Source of the DNA: a virus
Length of the DNA: 64,000 bases
Virus record (IMG/VR): IMGVR_UViG_3300003154_000789
Location: 61,331 to 125,330 of that record
Reading direction: 5' to 3' (one strand)
This document shows, one piece after another, positions 16,980-27,371 of this stretch. Every line of letters begins with the position of its first letter. The first letter of the stretch is position 1. The translations under genes and the position numbers were made by a program. The notes below the pieces were generated by a model. The model was not told where the DNA came from, made no database searches, and saw nothing but the letters and a program-made list of their open reading frames with translations.

Positions 16980-19049
16980 CTACTTGTTTTCTTTGTTTGC
17001 AACAGAAGCCACAATCTTACTCAATATGGGCATTTCCTGAAAATCACCAGGTCTAAACGCTTTTCCTAAAATTTCAGATTTAAGATCTTCTCCTTTCTCG
17101 AAAGTTTCATTTACGGCTCTATCTACAGCAGCATCATGTGTTGATTCCTCTGTTCCATTTTTCAAGATGTTCCAGAGTACACGTGTCATTGATTTCATGT
17201 TACGAATGGTGGCTTGGGCAGACCGCTGTTTATTCTGTGTCCTGATCAGAAGGCTTCTTGCATTTTTGTTTTCGTCAAAACTGCCTTCTTCATTCAATCT
17301 TGCAATATAACCGGAGTACCAAGCACGTTTGAAGAAAAAGCCTTTAATACGATTTGCCAACGAATACAATTCCATGTTTTTCATGGCGTCGATATTGGAG
17401 ATTTCCAGAGCATTCGCCAATTCTGAATTTGAACTGAAGTTTGGATGTTCACGCGTGATTTTTACAGCAGTTTCCAATACATCTGGATGAGTTCCCAAAT
17501 CGACTTCAATTTTTACAGTCTTCTCTGCAATTTCTGACTCATCTGTTTTCAGATGTTCTAAGAACTCATCGCACGGATCAGCGGTTTTATTGCGTTTATA
17601 AATAGCGATGACAGGATCTTCAGTCTTACTGCGGTCACTATTGGGATTTGACACTTCGATTTCGCTAATTCTCGCTGGATCAGAAATGAGATCGTCAACT
17701 GGTTTGTCAGATTCTTCAAGGATAAAATTCGGTTTTGTTTCGACATCATCGGTGTTAGTAATCGTAGAACTTTTTTTGACCTCTTTTTCTTCACCAACAA
17801 CGATGATATCTTGCGTTTTAATATCTATGACTCTTCCACTATCACAATCGATTTCAATGTTGCCATGTTTTTTTGTCTCCTCAACACCTACCATAGACTC
17901 ATACTGGGAAGAGGATCTGTTCCAAACCATGCAACTTCTTTGATCTACCTTACCACTCTCTGTGGAGGTAGTTGTCGGGATCGTGGGGGTTGTGGACTGG
18001 GGGCCAACTGCTTTTGACACAACCGTTGAAGGCATATTGGTCGCTGTTACTTCCGTTTTTTTTACCCCATTGTGATAATGGCAACCATGTGTAGCATTCC
18101 AATTCGGATTTGTGGTATGCGTGGTCACACCGGATCCAACTTTTGTACTTACCCAAATCTTACCGGTTCTCGGAATCTTTTCCGTCACATACAGATCTTT
18201 TATTTTAGTATCTGCAGTTATCTCTTTTCTTACATCAAAAAGAAATACGGAATCATCCGCGAGAGTTTCCACATCCACATCGCTTTTCTTCAATGGAATG
18301 AATCTCATTGGACCGGTTTGATACAAATTCGCCATCTTGTTGTAGCGAAATATCGCCATTTTGAGAAAATCCTTTTCACTTGCCACCAGAAGCAGTTTCA
18401 TTGGGCGGATAATAGCAATCTCAAGGGGTCTGCTGTCCCTGAAAGCAGCCATCTGAAATGGATTGTTACCACTGAATGCCATAACAGCGTAAGATCCGGA
18501 AATTCTCTTACAGGTCTCCTGAATGGCTTGTGTGGTGAAAGGTTCGGTACCATTGTTGGTATAGTGATGAAGTAATCGAAAAATTGCTTCACTGTCCACG
18601 TTACCATCCCTCTTGCAGCCGAGGTTGGTAAAAATCTTTTCATGGTTTGTCAGCGTGCCATTATGTACGCCAACAATGTCCCCAATTTTGATTGGGTGAT
18701 TGTTTTTGTTGTTTTCGGGTCCTGAGGCACCACCGGTAGACGGTTTGCGACAATGTCCGATCGATATCTTTGCAGGACGAACTTTCTTTCTCCAGATTTT
18801 GAGGTAGCCCTCATAATCTTCTTCCGTATCTCCAAATCTTGCGATAAACTCCTGGGCTGAGATACCCATTTTCAATCCCATATAATCGCAATCAGCGAAC
18901 ATTGTAGCGACACCGGTGGCGTCCTTTCCACGAGTCTGTGTGAGTGTGAGTAGTTCTGTTGTCAGAAAAATCATAGATTCCTGCCGAATTCTTTCCAACC
19001 TTTTCTCTTGAAATTCGCCACAGGCGAGAGCTCCGACCAGTCCGCACAT
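16980..19049 (-). CDS. class II (Ntn) glutamine amidotransferase #1 with long C-terminal extension
   Basis: MCGLVG, RGKDATG, GHCR, NNHP, HNG, DSE. Confidence 0.88.
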   Translation of the reverse strand: MCGLVGALACGEFQEKRLERIRQESMIFLTTELLTLTQTRGKDATGVATMFADCDYMGLKMGISAQEFIARFGDTEEDYEGYLKIWRKKVRPAKISIGHCRKPSTGGASGPENNKNNHPIKIGDIVGVHNGTLTNHEKIFTNLGCKRDGNVDSEAIFRLLHHYTNNGTEPFTTQAIQETCKRISGSYAVMAFSGNNPFQMAAFRDSRPLEIAIIRPMKLLLVASEKDFLKMAIFRYNKMANLYQTGPMRFIPLKKSDVDVETLADDSVFLFDVRKEITADTKIKDLYVTEKIPRTGKIWVSTKVGSGVTTHTTNPNWNATHGCHYHNGVKKTEVTATNMPSTVVSKAVGPQSTTPTIPTTTSTESGKVDQRSCMVWNRSSSQYESMVGVEETKKHGNIEIDCDSGRVIDIKTQDIIVVGEEKEVKKSSTITNTDDVETKPNFILEESDKPVDDLISDPARISEIEVSNPNSDRSKTEDPVIAIYKRNKTADPCDEFLEHLKTDESEIAEKTVKIEVDLGTHPDVLETAVKITREHPNFSSNSELANALEISNIDAMKNMELYSLANRIKGFFFKRAWYSGYIARLNEEGSFDENKNARSLLIRTQNKQRSAQATIRNMKSMTRVLWNILKNGTEESTHDAAVDRAVNETFEKGEDLKSEILGKAFRPGDFQEMPILSKIVASVANKENK

Positions 19050-19082
19050 ATTTCCTCCTAGTTTTAAAAGATTATATGAAAT

Positions 19083-19865
19083 TTAACTCTTATTTGTTTT
19101 TAACTTCAATGACTCTATTTTGCGTCGTTCTATTTCATTGTTCATCCTATCTATACAGTGAGATATATACATACTCCCTATAAAAGATTTTTCACGAACA
19201 TTGACTCCGTCAACGAATAGTATATTATCAGGATAGGAATTTACAATAAAATGCATCTCATTGAGAAATGACATTCTACGAAGTTTTTCGCTACTTTTTT
19301 GCCACATCAATGTTACATCTATCGCCATCCCATCAGCTTTTTTCTTGTTGTATATAGGGATAGCATACTGAAGATCATACATTGTTACAACAAGAGATAA
19401 TATATCCCCATTAACCGAGGGGCCTTTATTACTTCCGGAGTTATTATTACCACAGAACGAAGTACAAGGAAACTCCTTTTTGAAATAACCTAAACCTTTG
19501 ATGAACTCTATCGCCGCCAGAGGCTCTTCTATTACGAAAGTTATAGCCCCATCAGCACGAATAAACTCCTGAATTTTTCTTACTTTCTTATATTCAAATT
19601 CATCTATGGTTTTTACACGCCTGTTTTTGATAATTTTCTTTGGTTGCAAAGGCAGGATAGACTTCTCACTTATGTGTATGTAACTTCTGCAATGATGACC
19701 TATCGAGGACGGGAAATATATGGTGCCTCTGACAACATATGGATCAACTCTTTCAGCGATTATTGGCGTGAGTAAGGGAACACCTTGTCCCTCATCATAT
19801 GCTACTATGGCAGTATAAGCGGATTCCTTATCCGCTATACCTAGTAAGATTTCAACTAATTCCAT
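19083..19865 (-). CDS. hypothetical protein
   Basis: 260-aa ORF within the amidoligase cluster. Confidence 0.7.
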   Translation of the reverse strand: MELVEILLGIADKESAYTAIVAYDEGQGVPLLTPIIAERVDPYVVRGTIYFPSSIGHHCRSYIHISEKSILPLQPKKIIKNRRVKTIDEFEYKKVRKIQEFIRADGAITFVIEEPLAAIEFIKGLGYFKKEFPCTSFCGNNNSGSNKGPSVNGDILSLVVTMYDLQYAIPIYNKKKADGMAIDVTLMWQKSSEKLRRMSFLNEMHFIVNSYPDNILFVDGVNVREKSFIGSMYISHCIDRMNNEIERRKIESLKLKTNKS

Positions 19866-19886
19866 ACGATTCCTCCCAGAATCAAG

Positions 19887-20675
19887 TTAATACATTGTGT
19901 AATGTTTAGGCTCTTCAAGGGTAAATCGATGTATTTTATTTCTGTAAAGATCTATACCGATTCCAGAATTCTGCTCAAGTTTAATTATTTTGCCTTCTTC
20001 AAGAAAGCCGCTTACTGAAGTTTTGATATAGCTTTTTTCAGATGCCCAGGAAAGTAGACCAACATCTTCGAATAGCACCACATCGCACGGATTGTAACGA
20101 CGAAAGAGCCATATAACATGAGGCTGTAACCTGTGTACCATTGCACAGGCAAAACTTCCATGGGTTATAACTGACATTTTTTGAATGGCTTCGTGGATTT
20201 TGCATTCTTTTGCGAAATAACTTATTAAAGAAAAGATTATCTCACTATCCACTTCACCATTTCGTTTGAAAGAACGAGAGTACATACCAAATAACTCGTC
20301 ATCATTGGATATACAACCATTATGCACACCCACAACATCATTACATATGATTGGGTGGTTATTGATGTTATTTGTTTCAGTACCCTTTGTTTTTAGACGA
20401 CAATGCCCTATAACAGATAGTGGACGGCTTTTTGAAGTATCAAAAGTCATACAATCAGTTTCAGCTTTGTCATATTCTGGTAGATTTATAAAGGTTTGAG
20501 CGGGCACATTTTTCTTGATAACCTTAATGCCGTCGTAAGAAACATAGGCGAGACCGGAAGCTGTCCGACCTCGCACCATATTCTGTATGAATAACGCCCT
20601 TATTAAGTTTTGAATCAAGCTCCCATTACGCATTGTATGCCCGTGCAAAAATCCTAACCCGAAAATTGCACACAT
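19887..20675 (-). CDS. class II (Ntn) glutamine amidotransferase #2
   Basis: MCAIFG, RGRTASG, GHCR, NNHP, GVHNG, VDSE. Confidence 0.88.
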   Translation of the reverse strand: MCAIFGLGFLHGHTMRNGSLIQNLIRALFIQNMVRGRTASGLAYVSYDGIKVIKKNVPAQTFINLPEYDKAETDCMTFDTSKSRPLSVIGHCRLKTKGTETNNINNHPIICNDVVGVHNGCISNDDELFGMYSRSFKRNGEVDSEIIFSLISYFAKECKIHEAIQKMSVITHGSFACAMVHRLQPHVIWLFRRYNPCDVVLFEDVGLLSWASEKSYIKTSVSGFLEEGKIIKLEQNSGIGIDLYRNKIHRFTLEEPKHYTMY

Positions 20676-20688
20676 CCGTGAGACCTCC

Positions 20689-22377
20689 TTATATCATAAT
20701 GGGTGATCCAATTCTGTTAGACCACACCAGTTTTCCGTCTTCACGATTCTTGTCTACAAATACTCGAATCGTATCTTCTATTACAGCGTTATCAACATCT
20801 ATTTCAAGATTAGGATCTTTACGCAAAATTTGACCGGTTACTTGAATCCATTCATCGAGGTCTTTGCATTCAGACACCTGGTTGAGTGTGACAATTTCAG
20901 ACAACGCAACATCCAATCGCCCCTCTTCGTTCATAATCACTTCGAGCGACGCTTCAATGTCTTCCCAACTTTGACCCTCACATCTTCGAAGGGCACAAGG
21001 ACGTTCGGCAAGTTTCTCCAGAACCTCATATGCCGGACCGATGTTTATCAATATGGATTTTAATTGCCGTACCAAATCAAGAGATTCCCCAATGAGAACA
21101 TCATAGTACTTGTGAAGTTCCCTGGTATCCGAAAATCTGTCACCATCTTGATAACCCTTCATATTGTTGAGAAGAGCACCTTTTATTTCCATGGTCTGTT
21201 CGAGCCACGCCTGATCTCCAATTTCGACAACGCCATAGCGGCTGATTTCGACGGCTTTGATTACAAGAGCATAATACATACAGGCAATTGCAGCAATAGC
21301 ACTTGGGCTCATAATTCCGTCAGCGGCTCTGAATTCAACGTGAAATCTTCGTATATCGCCGGAACTTGCGAACTCTATCTGATTATAGTTGATCCAGCCA
21401 TATTTATTGCCGCCAGAATTGGCAGAAACTTTTTCCTGTACTTCACGCATTTGATGCATGACTGCACTGACGGGAAGCACGCTCACTCTGAACTTTTCCC
21501 ACCGAGTCATCTGTTTTGGATTATCCAAACCCATCACCATCCAGGTCATAGCATTCTGATAACGCCTAACCAACTGATGAAGATTGGCAAGAATTATTTC
21601 TGGCATATCTCTTTCCATCTCATTGACTTTGTTGGGAATACCCATTTTCTCCTGACCTGGTACAACTTTTCCGTAATAACTCGCCAGAGCATGCATATGG
21701 GTACTACATCTTTCATTCAGATATGCTCCACGGTTACTTGCCAGAGTGATGATGTTCTTAGCCATCTTATAAAATTCCCAATAGTCCACACGTCTTCCAA
21801 CGGTGATGATCTCTGCACCCTTCTTACCAAGTAAAGAGCCATCAGTTGTGATGCTATGGACGCCGGTAGAACTCACCTGACCATAGGAATTATTCGGTTT
21901 CAGCTCGTTTTGCAACTGCAATCTGATGCTGTCAGGATTTTTATCCGGATCATATCTATATTTGCAGTTCTTACAGTCGGTCTGGAAATCACTGCATACA
22001 TAACAAAAGCTGATGAAATTGGGGCAATAGATGCCAGTACATTTTGGGGTAAAGAATTTGCAGGCTGCACAATCTGCATCCTCGCACGTATTTGTGGATT
22101 TTTCGCAGAATTCAACTGCACGAACGATGGCTTTACAACCACTTTTATTTATACACTGTTGCCAGCACGCATTGGCGGCAGACAAATTTATACAGGGACA
22201 AGTGCTACTGTCTCCTTTACAAGAACCATTCTTCTTTTCCGGAAGATTATATTCAAACTCCATCCCTATTTTCATAATCTTCTTAAGCGTGTTTTTCCAA
22301 TACGCAACGTCTTCTGCCGACAAGTCGGGCCTGGAAGGAAGGTTATAAAACGACCATTTGTGCTTGCTGTTTTTCAT
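20689..22377 (-). CDS. putative amidoligase (COOH-NH2 ligase fold) with Cys-rich insert
   Basis: IGMEFE, DGSL...AEI, CSTHMH, KY..IN, VEFR; 16 Cys inserted after the first Glu motif. Confidence 0.78.
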   Translation of the reverse strand: MKNSKHKWSFYNLPSRPDLSAEDVAYWKNTLKKIMKIGMEFEYNLPEKKNGSCKGDSSTCPCINLSAANACWQQCINKSGCKAIVRAVEFCEKSTNTCEDADCAACKFFTPKCTGIYCPNFISFCYVCSDFQTDCKNCKYRYDPDKNPDSIRLQLQNELKPNNSYGQVSSTGVHSITTDGSLLGKKGAEIITVGRRVDYWEFYKMAKNIITLASNRGAYLNERCSTHMHALASYYGKVVPGQEKMGIPNKVNEMERDMPEIILANLHQLVRRYQNAMTWMVMGLDNPKQMTRWEKFRVSVLPVSAVMHQMREVQEKVSANSGGNKYGWINYNQIEFASSGDIRRFHVEFRAADGIMSPSAIAAIACMYYALVIKAVEISRYGVVEIGDQAWLEQTMEIKGALLNNMKGYQDGDRFSDTRELHKYYDVLIGESLDLVRQLKSILINIGPAYEVLEKLAERPCALRRCEGQSWEDIEASLEVIMNEEGRLDVALSEIVTLNQVSECKDLDEWIQVTGQILRKDPNLEIDVDNAVIEDTIRVFVDKNREDGKLVWSNRIGSPIMI

Positions 22378-23530
22378 TGTAAAAATCTCCCCAGTTTTGT
22401 TCTATATTGTTTCCGAATTGAACATCTTTTTCAATGCATTCAAAATATGATTCGACGGCTTCAGCCCTCTGTGCGTAACCGACCATTTGTCGCACATCAC
22501 TTTTTATTGTTCGAAAATGATTTCTTGCTGCAGTTATATCAGGATTACATATAATCCCATAAAATGTATGGATATCAGGTAGATTTGGATATAGTGCTCT
22601 TAGATCCATCTCGGATAATATCCCATTTAAGTCCATGAAATTATCTGTGCATGTATTTATTCTGCTGGCTACATCTTCTGCAACAACAGCTCCGAGTGCT
22701 AATAGCCCTCTTGTAAGCAATGGATGCTTGAGATTGATTCCGCCTGGCATTCTGAATTCGAAAGTTCGATTATCCAAACGATATCCACCAGGTTTTCCAT
22801 ATTCCACAAATTTGGTGGTACGTCTAGCTATATCGGTATTTCCTTCTGGAATTATAGAGGGAACACCAACATAGTAATCAAAAGCAGTGGTCATAAGTTT
22901 TGCTACAGTGTTTACGTTGGGTCGCTGACCAAGAAGTCCTTTTGGCATGCCATAATGTAAATGGAATCCGGCGGTAAGTCCATTCCAAGAAGAACCAGCA
23001 ACCATAGCAATCCTATTTCCCTCGGAGAAGGCATTTAACATATGTCTAGCTTTCTTAACAAGATACCATAGGTTATTGCATACTTCTTCTGCGTACAGAC
23101 TAGGATTTGGTCTGAATTCTAAAAGCATCCCGTCATGCCCTACATCACCATATTTTTTCATAAATCTGTGGGCAGCTACCACATTCCCAGTCATCTTATC
23201 AATTATAAATAATTCAGGGTCGCACCCCAAAGTAATGTTTGTGACTCTTGAAACCTCACCAAGTGAGCGGTCCTTTATGCATAGCTCATGATCTACTTCC
23301 GTGGTAACATAAGCACAGTACTGGTCTCTGTTAACATCCTCTTTGAAAGCTTCTGCAATCTGAAACATTTTTAGACCGTTGGTCTTTGTTCGAAGGTATA
23401 GAAAATCTCCAATGTTTAAATTGTTCTTTTCTCGATAAGCCTGAGGAATTCTGACTATTCGATGCTCATACTTATCATTCCAGTCGGTTTCCTTATCCAT
23501 AGTGGGTGATATGTTTATATTTAATTCCAT
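22343..23530 (-). CDS. phiEco32-like COOH-NH2 ligase #2 with N-terminal accessory domain
   Basis: LGCDPELF, GHDG..LEFRP, AGFHLHYG, YGKPGGYR, FEFR; start MELNIN with RBS AAGGAG. Confidence 0.85.
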   Translation of the reverse strand: MELNINISPTMDKETDWNDKYEHRIVRIPQAYREKNNLNIGDFLYLRTKTNGLKMFQIAEAFKEDVNRDQYCAYVTTEVDHELCIKDRSLGEVSRVTNITLGCDPELFIIDKMTGNVVAAHRFMKKYGDVGHDGMLLEFRPNPSLYAEEVCNNLWYLVKKARHMLNAFSEGNRIAMVAGSSWNGLTAGFHLHYGMPKGLLGQRPNVNTVAKLMTTAFDYYVGVPSIIPEGNTDIARRTTKFVEYGKPGGYRLDNRTFEFRMPGGINLKHPLLTRGLLALGAVVAEDVASRINTCTDNFMDLNGILSEMDLRALYPNLPDIHTFYGIICNPDITAARNHFRTIKSDVRQMVGYAQRAEAVESYFECIEKDVQFGNNIEQNWGDFYNEKQQAQMVVL

Positions 23531-23543
23531 ATTTCTCCTTAAA

Positions 23544-24944
23544 TTAGTGTGCTTCGACAACTACTCCAAGTCTCATGTAGGTACGATATCTACAAGATTT
23601 ACTCTTGTTATAGTATTGATTTTTTACAACGCCGATATCTTCATCAACATAATCATATACTATAGCATCCTTTTTACCTGGAAAGGAACGCTGTATCCTT
23701 CCTATCAACTGCTCTGCCTTAGCCTCTGCTCTAAATGGCATGGATATGAATGCACGATCGAGAAATGGTACATCGAAACCTTCACCAAGTAAGGAAAAAG
23801 TAGCTATGAGAACAGTTATCCTGCCATCATTAAATGCTGCCACCTGTTCTTGAACATATTTTTTACTGTATTTTCCGGTTGCAATCCCTGTTTTTTCCCA
23901 TCCGATAGATATTTGTTTATAAAGCATTTCACAATGCTCTCGTCTGTCACTTATTACTATACAAAAATGACCAGCTTTAGCTTCATGAAGTACATCTTCC
24001 ACAATTATAGATGTCCGTTTAGGATTGTGCACAATGCATTTGTCAAGAATTGCTTGAATATCGTTTCCTTCCACAGCTTTGGAACGAATAGTCCTTTGCC
24101 ATACTACTGGCATTATAATTCCACCATATTTTTCCACATTTTTTATGGGAATAGTGGTTGTTGTTACACCAATTGTCTGAAACATCAGTTGTTCTAGATT
24201 GTCCCTCCTATATGGTGTAGCTGTGAGTCCGTACATATAGTAAGGATTTAAATGACAAAGAACATCTAAAAAAGTTCGGGCTGGACAATGGTGAGCTTCG
24301 TCTAAAACAACGAGTCCGAATGTCTCCCGTAGTTTTATCAACTCATCAGCATTTCGAACCAAAGTTTGTATCATCCCTATGGTAAGAACTTTACCGATAT
24401 TCCATTTTCCAGCCCCGATTGCTCCTATTTCTCCAATATCCGGTAAGAAAACTTTAGCCCTTTCTACCACCTGATCTGCAAGAGGTCCTGTGTGGGTAAG
24501 CCATAGAGTTGGCTGTCCTAATAATGGAATTATACTCAATCCCATGATTGTTTTCCCACTGCCAGCTGGAGCCACCAATACTCCTTCTGGAGCATCGGAT
24601 ATCATTTTTAGAACAGCATCAAATTGATATGGACGATACTTTATCATGGAGGAATCGATTTCGATATGATCAAATTTAGTACGTTTATCCGTCAATACAA
24701 AATCTATGCCAAATTCTTTTATTTTAAGCATTAGCCAGGATCTCAATCCTCTTGGTATTAGTAAACTATCATCCGGTAATACCATAAAGTTGACTATGAA
24801 AGGATCTACTCCCCACGTACTACGCCCAGAAGCTTGGGCTTCAGCATATTTAGGATTTGGTATACGAAGTTGTTCAACCAGAAGATGTTTTAGAATATCT
24901 GGTGGATTCTTAATCCTTATCCTGTTCTCGATAATTATCTCCAT
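23544..24944 (-). CDS. superfamily 2 DNA/RNA helicase
   Basis: APAGSGKT, DEAH, GLTATP, LGEGFDVP, QLIGRIQR. Confidence 0.92.
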   Translation of the reverse strand: MEIIIENRIRIKNPPDILKHLLVEQLRIPNPKYAEAQASGRSTWGVDPFIVNFMVLPDDSLLIPRGLRSWLMLKIKEFGIDFVLTDKRTKFDHIEIDSSMIKYRPYQFDAVLKMISDAPEGVLVAPAGSGKTIMGLSIIPLLGQPTLWLTHTGPLADQVVERAKVFLPDIGEIGAIGAGKWNIGKVLTIGMIQTLVRNADELIKLRETFGLVVLDEAHHCPARTFLDVLCHLNPYYMYGLTATPYRRDNLEQLMFQTIGVTTTTIPIKNVEKYGGIIMPVVWQRTIRSKAVEGNDIQAILDKCIVHNPKRTSIIVEDVLHEAKAGHFCIVISDRREHCEMLYKQISIGWEKTGIATGKYSKKYVQEQVAAFNDGRITVLIATFSLLGEGFDVPFLDRAFISMPFRAEAKAEQLIGRIQRSFPGKKDAIVYDYVDEDIGVVKNQYYNKSKSCRYRTYMRLGVVVEAH

Positions 24945-25515
24945 CCAGAATTTCTCCTATCTCCTTTTTAAAACTTTCATTGCAGAAGAAAGTAGGTGTT
25001 CGTGGTTGTTGAACAACGTACTTATATTTCTGCTTCTGTTTTTTCTTATTTTTGAAGTCTTGATAATTGATAATATTATTGTTAGGTACAAAGATATTGC
25101 CGAGAATATTATTACAAGTACCATCGAATATAGCCAGGTTTTTATCAAGCCCTTTTATTTGTCTCCGAAAAGTATGAAGACATCCAGCAATGGCTTTACA
25201 CGACTGACCTTCTTCTGGTAATTTTCCACAAAAATCAGAGCTACAGAACACTGTCTGAAGCAGATATTGAATCCAATCATCTGGACATGTTGTTATACTT
25301 GTATGACCAGCGTTTGTCAACCAATGTCTTACATTGAGAAGTTGTTCTAAGATCATTTTAGTGAACTTTTTAGGGTTGTCCTTATATACACCCTCGTAAC
25401 AAAATTCTGGAGTTATCGGAGATTTGCACAAACCACACTTTTCACAAATAGCTTGAATAAATTCGTGTTTCGTGTATTGGTACTTTTTTCGCTTGAGCTT
25501 ACTCTTCTTACTCAT
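24910..25515 (-). CDS. Cys-rich hypothetical protein
   Basis: CEKCGLC...C...C...FC...C...C. Confidence 0.65.
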   Translation of the reverse strand: MSKKSKLKRKKYQYTKHEFIQAICEKCGLCKSPITPEFCYEGVYKDNPKKFTKMILEQLLNVRHWLTNAGHTSITTCPDDWIQYLLQTVFCSSDFCGKLPEEGQSCKAIAGCLHTFRRQIKGLDKNLAIFDGTCNNILGNIFVPNNNIINYQDFKNKKKQKQKYKYVVQQPRTPTFFCNESFKKEIGEILDGDNYREQDKD

Positions 25516-25521
25516 TGTATT

Positions 25522-25947
25522 TTACCTTTTTCCGAAAACCTCTTTTATTGTCCGACCATCAGGCAGCTTCCAGTATGTCCAACCACTTCTTCTAACACCG
25601 CTAACAGTTTCGGCGGCGGCAGACAAAGAATCATACTTTGTTATACCTATGTAATAACCATCTGCATTAACAGTCAGTACATGAATTCCACCCTTTACAG
25701 ATGTCCCCATTAAGCTCAAGCCGATTGGTACGCCGTCTTTATTAGCGTTAGCAAAACAAGGATTATCATATACTTCCTGTTGTCTTTTATCTTTCACTCG
25801 GATGCTACTTATAACATGAAAGGCTTTTATCAAGTCCTCCACTTGCTTCTGTAGAGCCTCGACTCTTTCTTCAATAGTTGTAGGCTCACTTACAATTGCG
25901 ACGCCACTACCTGCCATCGCTGTACCTAATGCAATCTTTTCTCCCAT
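25522..25947 (-). CDS. RAMA/DUF4357-like DNA-binding domain protein
   Basis: C-terminal SLSAAA...SGWTYWK motif. Confidence 0.6.
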   Translation of the reverse strand: MGEKIALGTAMAGSGVAIVSEPTTIEERVEALQKQVEDLIKAFHVISSIRVKDKRQQEVYDNPCFANANKDGVPIGLSLMGTSVKGGIHVLTVNADGYYIGITKYDSLSAAAETVSGVRRSGWTYWKLPDGRTIKEVFGKR

Positions 25948-26022
25948 GAGTTTCCTCCTAAGCATGTTGTTTCCAGTTGAAAGGTTTGTTATACTGAAGG
26001 CCGGGCTAGCCGACCTTCAATA

Positions 26023-26403
26023 TCAACTGGGTAAAGGAGGCGTATTTCCGGTTGCCGGACCATCGTATGGTTTGTCACCTAGATCAAATTTGCGAACCAC
26101 AAAGGCATGTTGCAAAGAACCCTGGGCTTGCCAACTTTTGTAATGACACACAGCATGAAGTTTTCTACCAGCTTTTATATGGCTTTTGACCACATTTACT
26201 GGTCCTCCAGGCTCAACCATCAGAGGTATATCTTGATCAAGTTCCGTGATCTGGCCATTTGGGTCACGCTGAACTACAACTGTTCGTAATGTGAGAAATG
26301 CATAATCACCATTAAATACGGGATCTGCTATAATCTCTCCTTGAAATGTTGCGGCGTTTATCTGAATTCCACGCCAGGTTTTCTTTTCTGCCATTTGTAA
26401 CAT
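26023..26403 (-). CDS. single-stranded DNA-binding protein (OB fold)
   Basis: N..TFQGEIIADP...IKAGRKL..V...SW pattern; acidic/Pro tail; next to helicase. Confidence 0.6.
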   Translation of the reverse strand: MLQMAEKKTWRGIQINAATFQGEIIADPVFNGDYAFLTLRTVVVQRDPNGQITELDQDIPLMVEPGGPVNVVKSHIKAGRKLHAVCHYKSWQAQGSLQHAFVVRKFDLGDKPYDGPATGNTPPLPS

Positions 26404-26414
26404 CTCCTTATATT

Positions 26415-27371
26415 TTAAGATTCATCATAAAAATCTGGTTCTTCTCCAAAATCAATGTAACCGCTAGGAACTATTTCAGAACCTTCTTCCCCAACAGTCT
26501 CTATGGATTCAAAGGTTTTGCTTCTTTGTGGTGCTGGGACCAGATGTTCCTTTTTCCATTCACTGCTGGAAACATAGTATTTTTCTGCTGGGTGCCCTAT
26601 TTCATCCACTCTCCATAAGTCTTTAGCAGCTCTTTCCCAATCGACACTAGCAGCGTCAGAAAGTACAGGTTGATCTAACCATCTTCCAGCTTTAGGTTCA
26701 GCATTCTTTGGGGGTTTGGCTACCACATCCGGTTTATCAATCACCTTCTTTTTTGCCTTAGCTTTTTTTTCTTCGAACTCTTCCATATTTTCCAACAATA
26801 TAGAAGGAAGGACTACACAATGTCCTGATTTTCCAAGACCGTCAGCACTCCCTCCTCCCACATTTTCATTAAATTCCACGAAACATTGTCCCTGTCGATG
26901 ATTCTGGTACAACACTTTGCATTTCATCCCTTTGAGACTTCTCTTTTTGAAATAATAATCGGTGGTAACAATCTTATCACGATAAATCAAATCAAAGAAG
27001 TTGAAAAGTCCTTCAGCATCCTGCCATACTCCATGATATGAGTTAACAGCACCATCCAGACTTCCCCAGGATCTGTGTTTATTTTCACTGTAGAGGCCAA
27101 CATAAGAACGATCCTCTGTTTTTATTGCTTTGACCTCTACAATTTCATCACAAGGACAGATGCCACGTACTTCTGCATTTTTGTTAGCCCGCAGTTTGTT
27201 CCCGAGGTGTATCGTTGTCTCCCCTATAGTAATGGATTTTTGCAAAGCCGTAACCTCCTTCCGAAGAATGCGTAGGTGTTGGTGAAATATTTTCCGCACC
27301 ATCGCACGATTTATCGAACATTTTATCAATAAGCTCGCATAAGGAACCACAAGCTCCACGAAGTTTTTCAT
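26415..27371 (-). CDS. hypothetical protein (true start probably further downstream)
   Basis: Long ORF overlapping the RNAP C-terminus; GGAGG followed by TTG near 27243 is a plausible start. Confidence 0.6.
   Translation of the reverse strand: MKNFVELVVPYASLLIKCSINRAMVRKIFHQHLRILRKEVTALQKSITIGETTIHLGNKLRANKNAEVRGICPCDEIVEVKAIKTEDRSYVGLYSENKHRSWGSLDGAVNSYHGVWQDAEGLFNFFDLIYRDKIVTTDYYFKKRSLKGMKCKVLYQNHRQGQCFVEFNENVGGGSADGLGKSGHCVVLPSILLENMEEFEEKKAKAKKKVIDKPDVVAKPPKNAEPKAGRWLDQPVLSDAASVDWERAAKDLWRVDEIGHPAEKYYVSSSEWKKEHLVPAPQRSKTFESIETVGEEGSEIVPSGYIDFGEEPDFYDES

Noticed and set aside
21064-22554. Long plus-strand ORFs (256 aa and 232 aa) and similar ones such as 28495..29094
   Set aside because: They are antisense shadows of well-supported minus-strand genes and show no recognisable motifs.
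27184-27371. 188-bp overlap between RNAP and the next ORF as a programmed frameshift or overlapping gene
   Set aside because: A GGAGG followed by TTG near 27243 offers a later start that leaves only a short overlap; no clear slippery site was identified.
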